Shown in pieces: positions 49,335-59,977 of a stretch of DNA of 64,000 bases (positions are counted from its first letter, which is position 1; each line of letters begins with the position of its first letter). Below the pieces are notes generated by a model, which did not search any database, had not been told where the DNA came from, and saw only the letters and a list, made by a program, of their open reading frames with translations. Position numbers and translations under genes: made by a program. The stretch covers positions 320,001-384,000 of the forward strand of contig OZ223269.1 in assembly GCA_965140585.1 (NCBI GenBank), given 5' to 3'. The stretch is from Spirochaetia bacterium (GTDB lineage Bacteria; Spirochaetota; Spirochaetia; UBA9216).

Positions 49335-50183
49335 ATGGCAGAAGGTGAAAGTAAAATAACGTTCTGGTCCAAGAAGGATGTCGAATGCCCTGTATGCGGA
49401 AGCAGTTTTAAGAAAGAGGAACTGCTGACCGGAAGAGGCCGGCTTATTGCCGGTGAGCTTACCGATGAACTGAGGCGGCTTTATGAGCCTTCCCAGAAAT
49501 ATGGAGATGTCTGTCCGCTTAACTATCCGGTTACTGTATGCCCGTCGTGTCTGTATGCCGCATACGGGCAGGATTTTGATCATGTACCTGAATCTGCAGC
49601 AGAAATTCTAAAGAGTGAGACGGATACACGTAAAAACAGCCTGAACAGGATCCTGCCTGATGTTGATTTTACTGATAACCGCGGGCTGAAAGAGGGCGCT
49701 GCCAGTTATTTTCTTGCAATATCCTGTTATGAGCACTTTCCCCATGATCATTCTCCAACAATGAAATGCGGTATCTCCGCTCTTCGTGCAGCGTGGATTT
49801 TTACTGATCTGCATAGACGCTATCCAAATGATAACTATGATTATCTTTCAAAGATTTTCTATCACAAGGCTCAGTTTTTCTACAGCCTGGCAGTTGAATA
49901 TGAACAGGATGCTACTGAAAGTCTTGCCGAAGTTCAACATCTGGGGCCCGATCTTGATAAGAACTATGCTCATGACGGAGTCTTTTATCTGAGCGGACTT
50001 CTTGAATACAGATATGGAAGCAAAGATGATTTTGAAGTCAGAAAAAAACGGCTTGAATTTGCAAAGAGGGCGGTAGCCAGGCTTTTCGGAATGGGAAAGG
50101 CTTCCAAGGATAAGCCTTCAGCGCTTCTTGAACACGCAAAAGACCTTTATGAAAAAATGTCTTCAGAGATGAACGAAGGCTGA
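49335..50183 (+). CDS. DUF2225 family protein (Zn-ribbon plus helical domain)
   Basis: CPVC, CPSC, ALRAAW; position between acpS and truA. Confidence 0.8.
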   Translation: MAEGESKITFWSKKDVECPVCGSSFKKEELLTGRGRLIAGELTDELRRLYEPSQKYGDVCPLNYPVTVCPSCLYAAYGQDFDHVPESAAEILKSETDTRKNSLNRILPDVDFTDNRGLKEGAASYFLAISCYEHFPHDHSPTMKCGISALRAAWIFTDLHRRYPNDNYDYLSKIFYHKAQFFYSLAVEYEQDATESLAEVQHLGPDLDKNYAHDGVFYLSGLLEYRYGSKDDFEVRKKRLEFAKRAVARLFGMGKASKDKPSALLEHAKDLYEKMSSEMNEG

Positions 50184-50189
50184 GCCTGA

Positions 50190-50945
50190 ATGAGAAATAT
50201 CAGGCTTACAATCTCATACGACGGTACAAATTTTAACGGCTGGCAGGTTCAGAAGAACGGCAGGACTGTGCAGGAAGAGATTGAAAAAGCGCTTCAGACC
50301 ATTCATGGAAAGGCTGTACGGCTGACCGGCTCGGGACGGACTGATTCCGGAGTGCATGCAAACGGGCAGGTTGCAAATTTCTATACCGAAAAGGATAACA
50401 TCCCCGATTACAAGTTTACTGACGCGCTTAATTCTCTTCTTCCCGGTGATGTCACTATTCTTTCATCCGGTGAAGCAGGTGAAAAATTTCATTCAAGGTT
50501 TGATGCAAAAATTAGAATTTACCGCTATTATATACGTGCAGGCGGCCGAAGTCTGCCCCATGAAGATAAATACTGCTGGCGGCTGCGCCAGACGCCGGAT
50601 ATAAGATTGCTCAACCGGCTGACTGCCCCGCTTGCAGGAGTCCATGATTTTACTGCGTTTACTGCAGCCGGAGACCCAAGCGAATCAAAGGTTCGCCGGC
50701 TTTACAGTGCCGTTTTCTATCCGCAGCATGAATTCCTCGTGTTTAAGATTGCGGGGAACGCGTTTTTATGGCGGATGGTCAGAAGCATCGTCGGGACTGC
50801 TGTTCAGCTTGAATCAGACGGGGCAGATGCATCGGCGATGGGCAGAATTCTTGATAGCGGCATCCGTGAAAAGGCAGGGACTACAGCACCGGCAAAAGGA
50901 CTATTTCTGGACAGGGTAATTTATAATGAACGAGACTTTTTCTGA
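50190..50945 (+). CDS. truA: tRNA pseudouridine(38-40) synthase
   Basis: YDGTNFNGWQ, GSGRTDSGVHA, FHSRF, HDFTAF, FLWRMVR, APAKGL. Confidence 0.96.
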   Translation: MRNIRLTISYDGTNFNGWQVQKNGRTVQEEIEKALQTIHGKAVRLTGSGRTDSGVHANGQVANFYTEKDNIPDYKFTDALNSLLPGDVTILSSGEAGEKFHSRFDAKIRIYRYYIRAGGRSLPHEDKYCWRLRQTPDIRLLNRLTAPLAGVHDFTAFTAAGDPSESKVRRLYSAVFYPQHEFLVFKIAGNAFLWRMVRSIVGTAVQLESDGADASAMGRILDSGIREKAGTTAPAKGLFLDRVIYNERDFF

Positions 50946-51624
50946 TTACATTGATTTGATAAATACAGCGGAAGATTTTATCCGGGACGGGTGGAAAACT
51001 CGGGGAAAACGGCAGAATTACAGTATAACTCCGGCAGCTGATGCAGGTGGAAGCTCAGACGATAGTCTGAAAAGTATAGCCGCAGAAATAGGCGGATGTA
51101 CCGTCTGCCGGCTTGCTTCAACCCGAACTAATGTTGTTCCTGGAGAGGGTTCTATAAACCCTGTTGTTATGTTTATAGGGGAAGGTCCCGGCGCGGATGA
51201 AGACCGCAGCGGCAGACCCTTTGTAGGGAAGGCCGGACAGTATCTTGATAAATGGGTTTCAGCTATAGGACTGGACAGACAGAAAGACTGCTTTATAGGC
51301 AATATAATAAAATGCCGTCCTCCTGGAAACCGTGATCCCCTGCCTGATGAAATAGGTGCCTGCAGGCATTTTCTGGACCGGCAGCTTGCCCTTCTTAAAC
51401 CGCTGACAATTGTAACCCTGGGACGTTTTGCCTCTCAGGTAATATGCAGCAGTGATGACGGTATCGGCCGTTTAAGAAACCATACCTTTTATTACAACGA
51501 TATTCCCGTCATTCCCACTTATCACCCCAGCGCAGTACTTAGAAATCCCGAACTCAGATCTGCTGTCTGGGACGATCTTAGAAGGCTTAATAATCTAATA
51601 GAGTCTCTGGCTTCCGGCAAATGA
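50926..51624 (+). CDS. Uracil-DNA glycosylase, family 4 (Fe-S)
   Basis: CTVCRL, GEGPG, GRPFVG, KCRPPGNR, YHPS. Confidence 0.93.
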   Translation: MNETFSDYIDLINTAEDFIRDGWKTRGKRQNYSITPAADAGGSSDDSLKSIAAEIGGCTVCRLASTRTNVVPGEGSINPVVMFIGEGPGADEDRSGRPFVGKAGQYLDKWVSAIGLDRQKDCFIGNIIKCRPPGNRDPLPDEIGACRHFLDRQLALLKPLTIVTLGRFASQVICSSDDGIGRLRNHTFYYNDIPVIPTYHPSAVLRNPELRSAVWDDLRRLNNLIESLASGK

Positions 51625-53600
51625 GTTCAGCTTCTGATAAATTTATAGAAATAATATTCAATACTCCGGTTCCCGGAAGCTACACATACAGGGTTCCTGA
51701 AGGTATGGAAATACCTATAGGTGTTCGGGTCGCAGCTCCCTTCGGCAGCAGAAAAATGAATGGTTTTGTGATTAAAACCGGAGTTCCTGAACCTGAGGGT
51801 GATTTTAAAATAAAAGAAATCTCCCGCTGCATTGATAAGGAGCCTGTTTTCTCCAAAAGAGAAGCAGACCTTGCTCAATGGATAGCCGGCATGTATTTCT
51901 GCTCACAGGGTGAAGCATTATCTGCCATGCTGCCCGGAGGTAAACGCGAAAGCCTGATACCCGCACTCGAAGAGTTCAGCCTGCCGGTTAAAAAGGAAAT
52001 TACCCTCTCTGCCGAGCAGAAGTCAGCGATTGACGGAATACTTTCAACCGAGGGAGGGATAAGCTACCTCAGCGGTATAACAGGTTCAGGTAAAACCGAG
52101 GTATTTCTGCGGATTGCCGAAGCGGTTCTTGCAAAGGGGCAGGGGGTTATTTACCTTGTACCGGAGATTTCGCTTACCCATCAGCTTGTCGAAGAAGTAT
52201 CCCACCGCTTCGGGGAAGGAGTGGCAGTTCTTCATTCAAGCCTTACTCCATCCCAGAAACTTGTAGAGTGGATGAAAATTAAGAAGGGTGAAGCCCGTTT
52301 TGTAATCGGTGCCAGGAGTGCCATATTTGCTCCGGTTTCAGATATAGGTCTGATAATAATTGATGAAGAACACGAGGGCGCGTACAAGTCCTCTTCAAAA
52401 CCCCGCTATCATGCCAGACAGGTTGCCATGCGTATAATATCGTCCGAGGGGGCAAGGCTTGTCATGGGCAGCGCCACACCCTCTCTTGAGGCCTGGCATA
52501 TGGTTCGCTCAGGGGTGATTAAGGGCTACAACCTTTCGGCAAGGCTCTCGGGCGGAGCACTCCCTTCGATCGAGCTGATAGATATGAAAAAATATGACGG
52601 CAGTATTTCGGCTCCCCTTGAAAAAGCTCTGCGCGATACCGCGGATGAGGGCAGACAGTCTATATTGTTTCTCAATCGCCGCGGCTTCAGCTATTTTTTT
52701 CACTGCCGCACCTGCGGGTACGAAGCACGCTGCCGAAACTGTTCTGTATCGCTTACATATCATAAACACCGCAACCGTCTGGTCTGTCACTACTGCGGCT
52801 ATTCAGAGAAACCTGTTGATGTATGTCCAGAGTGCGGCTCGCTTGATACCGGCTACTCAGGCTTCGGTACCGAGATGATTGAAGACGATCTGAAGCAGAT
52901 GTTTCCTTCGCTGCGGATTGAACGTGTTGATACTGATTCTGTAAAGCAGCGGGGCAGCCTTAAGGATGTACTTGATCGCTTTAAAAGAGGTGAAATTGAT
53001 ATCCTGCTTGGAACACAGATGGTAGCAAAGGGCTTGAATTTTCCCGGAGTAAAACTTGTGGGAATCGTACTTGCCGATACCGGACTTCATCTGCCGGACT
53101 TCCGTTCCTACGAACGGACCTTCAATCTGATAGTTCAGGTTTCAGGCCGTGCCGGACGATATATACCCGACGGCAGGGTGCTTATTCAGACCTTCAGACC
53201 CGAAAACCAGGCTGTTCAGCTTGCCGCATCAATAGATTCCGAGGCTTTTTACAATAATGAGCTTGAAACAAGAAAAATGCTTGGTTTTCCGCCCTATGCC
53301 CGTCTGTTCAGGATTGTTTTCCGCGGTAAAAATGAGGAGCGGGTTTTTGAAACTGCAGACAGGTTTGCCGCAAGGCTTGATTACGCAAAGGCCGGTATAA
53401 ATGACAATGGTGAAACAGAAACTCTGGGTCCGGCTGAATGCCCTATATCAATGATTGCAGGGAATTACAGGGCTCAGATAATCATCAGAACATCACAGTT
53501 CAACAAGGTTCATTCGCTGCTTTCAGGTGCAATACTTCAGTTTAAGGTTCCCTCGGGAATTTACCTTGAAACGGATGTTGATCCTGTCAGCCTTCTGTAA
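51621..53600 (+). CDS. priA: Primosomal protein N' (replication restart helicase)
   Basis: GITGSGKT, LVPEISLT, DEEH, SATPS, four CxxC pairs, GTQMVAKG, QVSGRAGR. Confidence 0.96.
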   Translation: MSSASDKFIEIIFNTPVPGSYTYRVPEGMEIPIGVRVAAPFGSRKMNGFVIKTGVPEPEGDFKIKEISRCIDKEPVFSKREADLAQWIAGMYFCSQGEALSAMLPGGKRESLIPALEEFSLPVKKEITLSAEQKSAIDGILSTEGGISYLSGITGSGKTEVFLRIAEAVLAKGQGVIYLVPEISLTHQLVEEVSHRFGEGVAVLHSSLTPSQKLVEWMKIKKGEARFVIGARSAIFAPVSDIGLIIIDEEHEGAYKSSSKPRYHARQVAMRIISSEGARLVMGSATPSLEAWHMVRSGVIKGYNLSARLSGGALPSIELIDMKKYDGSISAPLEKALRDTADEGRQSILFLNRRGFSYFFHCRTCGYEARCRNCSVSLTYHKHRNRLVCHYCGYSEKPVDVCPECGSLDTGYSGFGTEMIEDDLKQMFPSLRIERVDTDSVKQRGSLKDVLDRFKRGEIDILLGTQMVAKGLNFPGVKLVGIVLADTGLHLPDFRSYERTFNLIVQVSGRAGRYIPDGRVLIQTFRPENQAVQLAASIDSEAFYNNELETRKMLGFPPYARLFRIVFRGKNEERVFETADRFAARLDYAKAGINDNGETETLGPAECPISMIAGNYRAQIIIRTSQFNKVHSLLSGAILQFKVPSGIYLETDVDPVSLL

Positions 53601-55383
53601 GGTAGTCTATGGCGATATGGTCTTTTGATTTTTTTGCCAGAACCTTCAGGGCTGCGATCCGTTCAGAAAAGTTTTCAGATGTATAGTTTTCAGGCACTCC
53701 GTTAATGCAGATTACCGCTGCACTCACCGAAAGCAGCGGCATTTTTGTCATTCTGCCGCTGCGGTTTTTAGCTGTGATGTATCCGTTCAGCCTGTCTTCT
53801 TCCTTGTAGAAGCTCTGGCAGTCACTTTCAAAGCGCTTTATGATGTTTCTTATTTCGTTTACTATTCGGTGCTGATGGTGTGTTGCCATAGAATATCCGG
53901 CAAAGAAATCATCACCGCCGATGTGCCCTATAAATTCCTTGCCGACTTCGCTGTGCTCTCTGAGGATATCAGCAAAAAGTCTTATTATACGGTCTCCCTG
54001 TCTGAACCCGTAGGCATCATTAAAGGGTTTGAAATTGTCGAAATCAAAATATGCAACAATACGGTCATGACCCGATTTTTTTACAAGACCTGCAATGTAG
54101 CTATTAATACTTGAATTCCCCGGAAGCCTTGTTAGAGGGTTCTGGTCCTGTGCAATGGATATTTTTTTCTCGCTGAGAATTCTAAGAATTGCACTTGATT
54201 CAAGAATTCCAACGTATCGGCCGTTTTCTGTAATTATCACACTCTCCAGCTGCTGGTTAAGGCTGTAAAGTTCAAGAATTTTCTCTATAGGTGTAGATAT
54301 CTCCATTACAGGAGCCCTGAATATCAGACTTTCGATTCCCTCACTGTTGGATTTATGCTGCAGAATTGAGATTCCATATGGTGAATATACGTATTTCTTA
54401 AGGTCTTTTTCTCGCAGCAGTCCGATCGGTTCATTGAAATTATTTATAACAGGCAGACAGCAGTAGGTCTGTTCATTCCGGAAAACTTCCAGGATATCTT
54501 CGGTTGAACAGTCGATTAAAACAGGCTGGAGTTTATCGATCTCCTTCCTTATCATATCGGTGTCTCCGTCCTCCTTTCTCTGCTGTTTGACTATGAATCT
54601 CTCAACTTCAGGGTAGGTAAGCTGTAGCTTTGCGGTATCAAGTTCAGGACGCTGAATCAGGTATCCCTGAGCATAGTCGCATCCGATTTCCCTGCAGACG
54701 TAAAACTCTCCGACGGTTTCTATTCCTTCAGCAATTACCGAGAGGCCCATCATGTGGGCCAGGTTAACAACGTTCGCAACAAAGAATTTCTTACGGCTGT
54801 CGCTGTTTATTTTTTCGATGAAAAACCGGTCTATTTTTATATAATCGGATTCACTGTGATATAGCAGGGTGAGTCCGGCATATCCTGAGCCGAAGTCATC
54901 GATTGCCAGACGAAAATTCTGATTTTTGTAATTCTTAAGGATAGAATGGATATCGTTATAGCAATTGAATTCGTGCTTTTCAGAAATTTCAAAGCAGATA
55001 TTGCCCGGATAAAGTCCCATTTTCTGCAGAAATTTACTGGTATTTCCTTCGTTATAATCCGGCATTTCAAGAGTCCGGTTATCAAGATTATAAAAAAGCT
55101 TCAGCTCTGAAAATTCTTTTCTGCTGTAAAGCTTGCTTATAGCAAGCTCTCTAAGGTGTAGATCCAGGCTGTAAAGAGTAGTTTCATTGTAGGCAAGGTC
55201 AAAAAGTTCATTTATTGAACTGAATCCGGCATCGGAGCATCCCCTTAGAAGCGCTTCAAATCCAAGCGTAATACCTGTATGAATATTTACTATAGGCTGA
55301 AAAGCATAATCAAGTTTATCGATATCTTCAGTCCATTTCTCCCGGCAGCATATCCGATCCGGGTCTATATTGGTCAGTACCAT
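53587..55383 (-). CDS. EAL-CBS-GGDEF c-di-GMP metabolism protein
   Basis: FQPIV, FEALLR, AIDDFGSGY, AEGIE, QGY; CBS-like middle; NPLTRLPGN, DFDNFKPFND.YG, HIGGDDF; ATG at 55383. Confidence 0.92.
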   Translation of the reverse strand: MVLTNIDPDRICCREKWTEDIDKLDYAFQPIVNIHTGITLGFEALLRGCSDAGFSSINELFDLAYNETTLYSLDLHLRELAISKLYSRKEFSELKLFYNLDNRTLEMPDYNEGNTSKFLQKMGLYPGNICFEISEKHEFNCYNDIHSILKNYKNQNFRLAIDDFGSGYAGLTLLYHSESDYIKIDRFFIEKINSDSRKKFFVANVVNLAHMMGLSVIAEGIETVGEFYVCREIGCDYAQGYLIQRPELDTAKLQLTYPEVERFIVKQQRKEDGDTDMIRKEIDKLQPVLIDCSTEDILEVFRNEQTYCCLPVINNFNEPIGLLREKDLKKYVYSPYGISILQHKSNSEGIESLIFRAPVMEISTPIEKILELYSLNQQLESVIITENGRYVGILESSAILRILSEKKISIAQDQNPLTRLPGNSSINSYIAGLVKKSGHDRIVAYFDFDNFKPFNDAYGFRQGDRIIRLFADILREHSEVGKEFIGHIGGDDFFAGYSMATHHQHRIVNEIRNIIKRFESDCQSFYKEEDRLNGYITAKNRSGRMTKMPLLSVSAAVICINGVPENYTSENFSERIAALKVLAKKSKDHIAIDYLTEG

Positions 55384-55389
55384 GTGCAA

Positions 55390-55435
55390 ATAGTAAATCT
55401 GTATTGTTAGAAAATCATTAGAAATCGGTTAGAAA
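55390..55435 (-). promoter_or_regulatory. Three 11-bp-periodic TTTCTAA repeats (OmpR/PhoB-type site) upstream of -10 TACTAT
   Basis: TTAGAAA on + at 55407, 55418 and 55429; ATAGTA at 55390-55395. Confidence 0.65.
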
Positions 55436-55489
55436 GCGGAGTATCTGTATCTACTTTTCAATGAAGAAAATAAATAGTATTATTAAGTT

Positions 55490-55987
55490 ATGATAGAGGT
55501 AGTTACGATTGGTTCGGAGAAAGAACCTGTATTATACAAACAGGCTGCAAGTGTGGCTGATATTGATGAAAAAATTGAACGGCTAGCCCAGGCAATGATA
55601 GAATCCTTAAGTATTTACAAGGGAATAGGTCTTGCCGGTCCGCAGGTGAATGAACAGCTGAGGATCTTTGTCACTCATGCCCAGAATGATATTCCGAGGG
55701 TTTTTATCAACCCCGAAATTATCAGCACATCAGAGGCTCTTGTGCCCTATGAAGAAGGCTGTTTGAGTATTCCCGGAATTTATGCGGATGTTATGAGGCC
55801 TGATCAGATCACCATTCAGGCATGGAATGAAAAGGGAAAGCCTTTTACTCTGGATGCAGACGGAATTCTTGCCAGGGTTATTCAGCATGAATATGATCAC
55901 CTTAGAGGCCGGCTGTTCATCGACAGAATCAATGAAAAGAAACGGGAAAGGCTTTTGAAAATATATCAGAAAAAGGATCGCAAATAA
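55490..55987 (+). CDS. def: Peptide deformylase
   Basis: GIGLAGPQ, EGCLS, QHEYDH. Confidence 0.96.
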   Translation: MIEVVTIGSEKEPVLYKQAASVADIDEKIERLAQAMIESLSIYKGIGLAGPQVNEQLRIFVTHAQNDIPRVFINPEIISTSEALVPYEEGCLSIPGIYADVMRPDQITIQAWNEKGKPFTLDADGILARVIQHEYDHLRGRLFIDRINEKKRERLLKIYQKKDRK

Positions 55988-55993
55988 CAGGAT

Positions 55994-56950
55994 ATGAGAG
56001 TACTATTTGCAGGAACTCCCGATATAGCTGTTCCCTCTCTGGAGGTGTTAAACCGTAATCATGAGGTTGTTGGTGTTCTGACCAATCCGGACAGGGGCTG
56101 CGGCCGCGGCCGTGAAATAAAGTGCTGCCCGGTGAAGGTGAAGGCCAATGAGCTAGGAATAAGAACTTTTCAGCCTGAAGCTTTTGATGAGGCATTTATC
56201 AACGAAATAAAGGCGTTACAGCCGGATATTCTGGCAGTAACCGCATTTGGAAAAATCTTTAAAAAGGATTTTATTGATGTATTTCCTCAGGGCGGTTTAA
56301 ATGTTCATCCTTCGCTTCTTCCCAAGTACAGGGGGGCCAGTCCAATTCCTGCCGCGCTCATTGCCGGTGAAACAGAGACTGGTGTTTCTATTCAGAGACT
56401 TGCGCTTAAGATGGACAGCGGAGCAATACTAAGTCAGGAACGCTACGTTTATAACGGAACAGAAACTACTGAATGGCTAACCGATTATTTTGCTCATCGC
56501 GGTGCGGAGCTTTTATCTGAAGTTATTACAGACATCGAAAACGGGAATGCTGTTGAACATGAACAGGATGAAAGTCTTGCTACATACTGTTCCTATATAA
56601 ATAAGGAAGACGGTGAAATAGACTGGAACCGCAGCTCCGATCATATAGACAGACAGTTAAGGGCCTTTACACCATGGCCCGGAATCTATACATTTTTTAA
56701 CAGTAAAAAACTTAATATTATAGAAGCTGAGATATATTCAGAAAACCTGCCGGATACCGCCGGAGACTTTATGGATGCAGCTGCTGGAAAGGTTGCTGTA
56801 CCTGATAAAAAGTCTGGAATACTGGTTAAAACCGGAGACGGGTTTATTGCAGTGAAAAAGCTTCAGCTTCAGTCAAAGAAAGCTCTTGGCTGGAAAGATT
56901 TCCTAAATGGTGTTAAAGATTTTACCAACACAGTACTTGGAGGAGAGTAG
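55994..56950 (+). CDS. fmt: Methionyl-tRNA formyltransferase
   Basis: FAGTP, NVHPSLLPKYRGASPI, MDSG, PWPG. Confidence 0.96.
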   Translation: MRVLFAGTPDIAVPSLEVLNRNHEVVGVLTNPDRGCGRGREIKCCPVKVKANELGIRTFQPEAFDEAFINEIKALQPDILAVTAFGKIFKKDFIDVFPQGGLNVHPSLLPKYRGASPIPAALIAGETETGVSIQRLALKMDSGAILSQERYVYNGTETTEWLTDYFAHRGAELLSEVITDIENGNAVEHEQDESLATYCSYINKEDGEIDWNRSSDHIDRQLRAFTPWPGIYTFFNSKKLNIIEAEIYSENLPDTAGDFMDAAAGKVAVPDKKSGILVKTGDGFIAVKKLQLQSKKALGWKDFLNGVKDFTNTVLGGE

Positions 56951-57990
56951 TGGGCCCACTCGGAAACAAATTACAGAACCTTTTATTTGGAAACGGTTCT
57001 GAGGACCCTGAGAAAAAATTTTTCAGGACTTTTATGGTTTTTGCAGTTGTCATTATCATCATAATGCTTATTGCAGGTTTTTCAACATTCTTTCTTTCCC
57101 TTAAGGGCGTTGAACTGACTATGGTCCCTGATATTACAGGACTTGAAGTTGAGAACGCCCTGGTTGAACTCGAAGAAAAGGCGCTTTACTCAAGTGTTCA
57201 GCTTAGATACACACAGAATATTGAAGATAAAGGCCTAGTCGTAGGTCAGGATCCTCAGCCAGGAACAAGCGTTCGTGCAGGTTCAAGGGTTATTTTAAAA
57301 GTGAGCAAGGGCTCTGCTGTAGAAAAGCTTGACGATTATGTAGGCTGGAACGTTGATGATCTGGAAGCACATATAAAGAGCATGGTTTCAATATACGGCC
57401 CGCTTCTGCAGGTTAAAAAGCCGATTACAAGGATTTATGATGAATCACCTGTAGGTACTGTTCTGGTACAGAACCCGGAAGCGGGAACCGAGATCTCCTC
57501 GGCAACTGAACTTGAACTGGTAGTCAGTAAGGGGCCTCAGGGGCAGAGCAGAAAGGTTCTTGATTATTCAAGTCTAACATTCGGTGAGGTTATTGAAAGT
57601 GTTGTAAAGAGCAATATACAGTTTGTATTTACATCGGCTCCTGCAGGGAAAAACGAAGCTCCCGGTACTGTCGTAAGCCAGTCGCCGTCGGCAGATGCTG
57701 AAGTTCCCAACGATACCATAATGCAGTTTGTTATAGCGGCACCTCAGGAAGTCCCGGAGGGTTATGTTTTCGGAATTCTTGAGAGGACACTGCCTGATTA
57801 TCAGGTGCCTGTAACTCTTAAAGTTGATAAGATTACACCGGACGGTGTTAGAACTGAGCTTTTCCAAATGAAGCACAAGGGTGGTCTGATAACAATTCCA
57901 TACTTTGAGCCTGAAAATACGCTTCTTAAGGTAAGCGTTGCTGAAAAGGAAATTATCACATACGCCATCAGGGCTCTGACAACAGATTAA
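56950..57990 (+). CDS. Membrane-anchored PASTA domain protein (no kinase domain)
   Basis: TM, then repeats VPDITG..GLVVGQDPQPG..VSKG, GTVLVQNPEAG..VSKG, GTVVSQSP. Confidence 0.88.
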   Translation: MGPLGNKLQNLLFGNGSEDPEKKFFRTFMVFAVVIIIIMLIAGFSTFFLSLKGVELTMVPDITGLEVENALVELEEKALYSSVQLRYTQNIEDKGLVVGQDPQPGTSVRAGSRVILKVSKGSAVEKLDDYVGWNVDDLEAHIKSMVSIYGPLLQVKKPITRIYDESPVGTVLVQNPEAGTEISSATELELVVSKGPQGQSRKVLDYSSLTFGEVIESVVKSNIQFVFTSAPAGKNEAPGTVVSQSPSADAEVPNDTIMQFVIAAPQEVPEGYVFGILERTLPDYQVPVTLKVDKITPDGVRTELFQMKHKGGLITIPYFEPENTLLKVSVAEKEIITYAIRALTTD

Positions 57991-58009
57991 AATTATCTAT
58001 TAATAATTG

Positions 58010-58036
58010 AACCCGGGGTTATTCCCGGGTTTTTTT
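58010..58036 (+). terminator. Rho-independent terminator
   Basis: AACCCGGG-N6-CCCGGGTT plus T run. Confidence 0.85.
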
Positions 58037-58049
58037 AATTACTGCGTTT

Positions 58050-59687
58050 TTACTTTAGGTGGTCATTCAATTGATATATCAATCTGATTACATTACCTGA
58101 AATTTCCAGTACACTTGAATAAGCATTTTCTCTTTCCTGAGCATCCATCTGATTTTTATTGATAATTATATGGTTCACTTCCTTATGAAGTTTTTCATGT
58201 TCTTTCTGCATCTGTAAGAATTCTTTGTAATCATGAACCTTGGAAGAACTGCTTCCATCTATCCATTTCCCCAAATCACATGAGTGATGATCAGAGATTC
58301 TGTTACTGTCCATTTCCAGCTTTCCATCTATAACTGCTCTGGCTCGCATTACCCAGAGCAGGTGCTGAATAATGATTTTTACCGGCTGAAAAGCTTTTTT
58401 ATCCGAACCGAATTCCCAGTTCTGAAATTCCTGGATTTTTTCAAGATATTCTTCATAATTTACGATAGAACCTGATACGGTCATAAATGTAGTATTTATA
58501 TCCTGTGAAATTCGGGATATGGAGCCGATGTTTTCCATACTCTCTTGGCTGGCTTCTACAATCAAACTTATAGAATTTCTTATATCTGCAGAACTGTGGG
58601 TGATTTCTTTCGCCCCGTCCCTTATCATGGACGTTACTTCATTCAATGTATGTGTGGCATCAACTATTTCCATACTTCCAACATTAAGCTCAGAGGTCGC
58701 CTGCAGTATTTCATCAAATGCGGAAACCATTTCCTTTGTTTCATTCCCGATAAGTTCATATGAATCAAGAGCTTCATTTCCTGCTGTTTTAACCCTGGCG
58801 ATGTTATCGATAATGTTCTTAAGTGTTGCTCCGACAAGGGTTGAATTATTGGCTGTAGATTCGGCAAGTTTACGAATTTCTTCAGCTACAACAGCAAAGC
58901 CTCTTCCAGCATCTCCAGCATGTGCAGCCTCTATTGCAGCATTCATTGATAATAAATTGGTCTGACTTGCAATATTGTTGATTACAGAAATGATTTCCTG
59001 AATTGAATCAACACTGTTGTTGACTTCAGATATCAGGCGGTTCATATCTTCCATATGCTCCTGACCAAGGGTTGTTTGGTTGAGCAGCTTAAGTGATGTA
59101 TCTCGTTTTGAATCTGTTATGCCCTTTACGTTATGAATGGATGCATCCATTTCTTCAATGGCGGCTGAGGTTTGGATAACCGAGCTGGACTGATTCTCAA
59201 TCTGCGAACTGAATTCATTCATAGTCTGTGTTATCTGTTCTATTGCTGAGGATGAGTTGAGAAGGTTGTTATTAAGTAGTTCCATACGTTCGGTTATTGT
59301 TCTGACGCTGCCGTTTATTGAAGTCACCAGATATACAGAACGGCTTAGTTCTTCACTGAACACCAATGAAGCAGATTCGTTTTCCCTGATTATTTCATTA
59401 ATGCTGTTTCTTGATTGTTCACAGGAGCTCATATGATCTTTAAGTACGTTAATTGTAGAAACCGACCCGGTAATTCTGCAATTTGAACATAGTCGGTCTG
59501 AAATCAGAGTATCATAAGACTGATTCTTTTTTTGAACCTTGAAAGTCACTGCAGAGAATACAGCGCATAAGACAATAATTGTAATATATGCGGTAATTGA
59601 ACTTTGTTGAGAAAATGGTTCCAGCGCAAACATCAGGACATTGATAATAACAGCAAGTATCGGCAGTACAATAATTAGTTTTTTCAC
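58050..59687 (-). CDS. Methyl-accepting chemotaxis protein with C-terminal CZB zinc-binding domain (copy 1)
   Basis: Two [59 protein letters not shown]. Confidence 0.92.
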   Translation of the reverse strand: MKKLIIVLPILAVIINVLMFALEPFSQQSSITAYITIIVLCAVFSAVTFKVQKKNQSYDTLISDRLCSNCRITGSVSTINVLKDHMSSCEQSRNSINEIIRENESASLVFSEELSRSVYLVTSINGSVRTITERMELLNNNLLNSSSAIEQITQTMNEFSSQIENQSSSVIQTSAAIEEMDASIHNVKGITDSKRDTSLKLLNQTTLGQEHMEDMNRLISEVNNSVDSIQEIISVINNIASQTNLLSMNAAIEAAHAGDAGRGFAVVAEEIRKLAESTANNSTLVGATLKNIIDNIARVKTAGNEALDSYELIGNETKEMVSAFDEILQATSELNVGSMEIVDATHTLNEVTSMIRDGAKEITHSSADIRNSISLIVEASQESMENIGSISRISQDINTTFMTVSGSIVNYEEYLEKIQEFQNWEFGSDKKAFQPVKIIIQHLLWVMRARAVIDGKLEMDSNRISDHHSCDLGKWIDGSSSSKVHDYKEFLQMQKEHEKLHKEVNHIIINKNQMDAQERENAYSSVLEISGNVIRLIYQLNDHLK

Positions 59688-59977
59688 AAATACCTCTTTA
59701 TTGAGTTAATTTAAATTATATGAGGGTAATATTAGCCTCAGTGTTAAAGTTCAATTAGAAATATGATAATTATTATCAGAAAATCATTCAATCAGTATCT
59801 TATAATTGTAAAAAATATATTTCGCTCTGTTTAACTGTATAATATTCCCGGATAACCATCGGAATCGCAGCCTGAAAATTAAGCAGTAATATTCGGGGTA
59901 ATATAATTATTCGTTTCAATCGAAAAATCGCACTTTTTTAAGATAAATGTGAATTCAAAAATTTTACATAGTCTGGT

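Noticed and set aside
59721-59740. Palindrome TGAGGGTAATATTAGCCTCA upstream of receptor copy 1
   Set aside because: Only the AT-rich core is echoed upstream of copy 2 and no candidate regulator is evident
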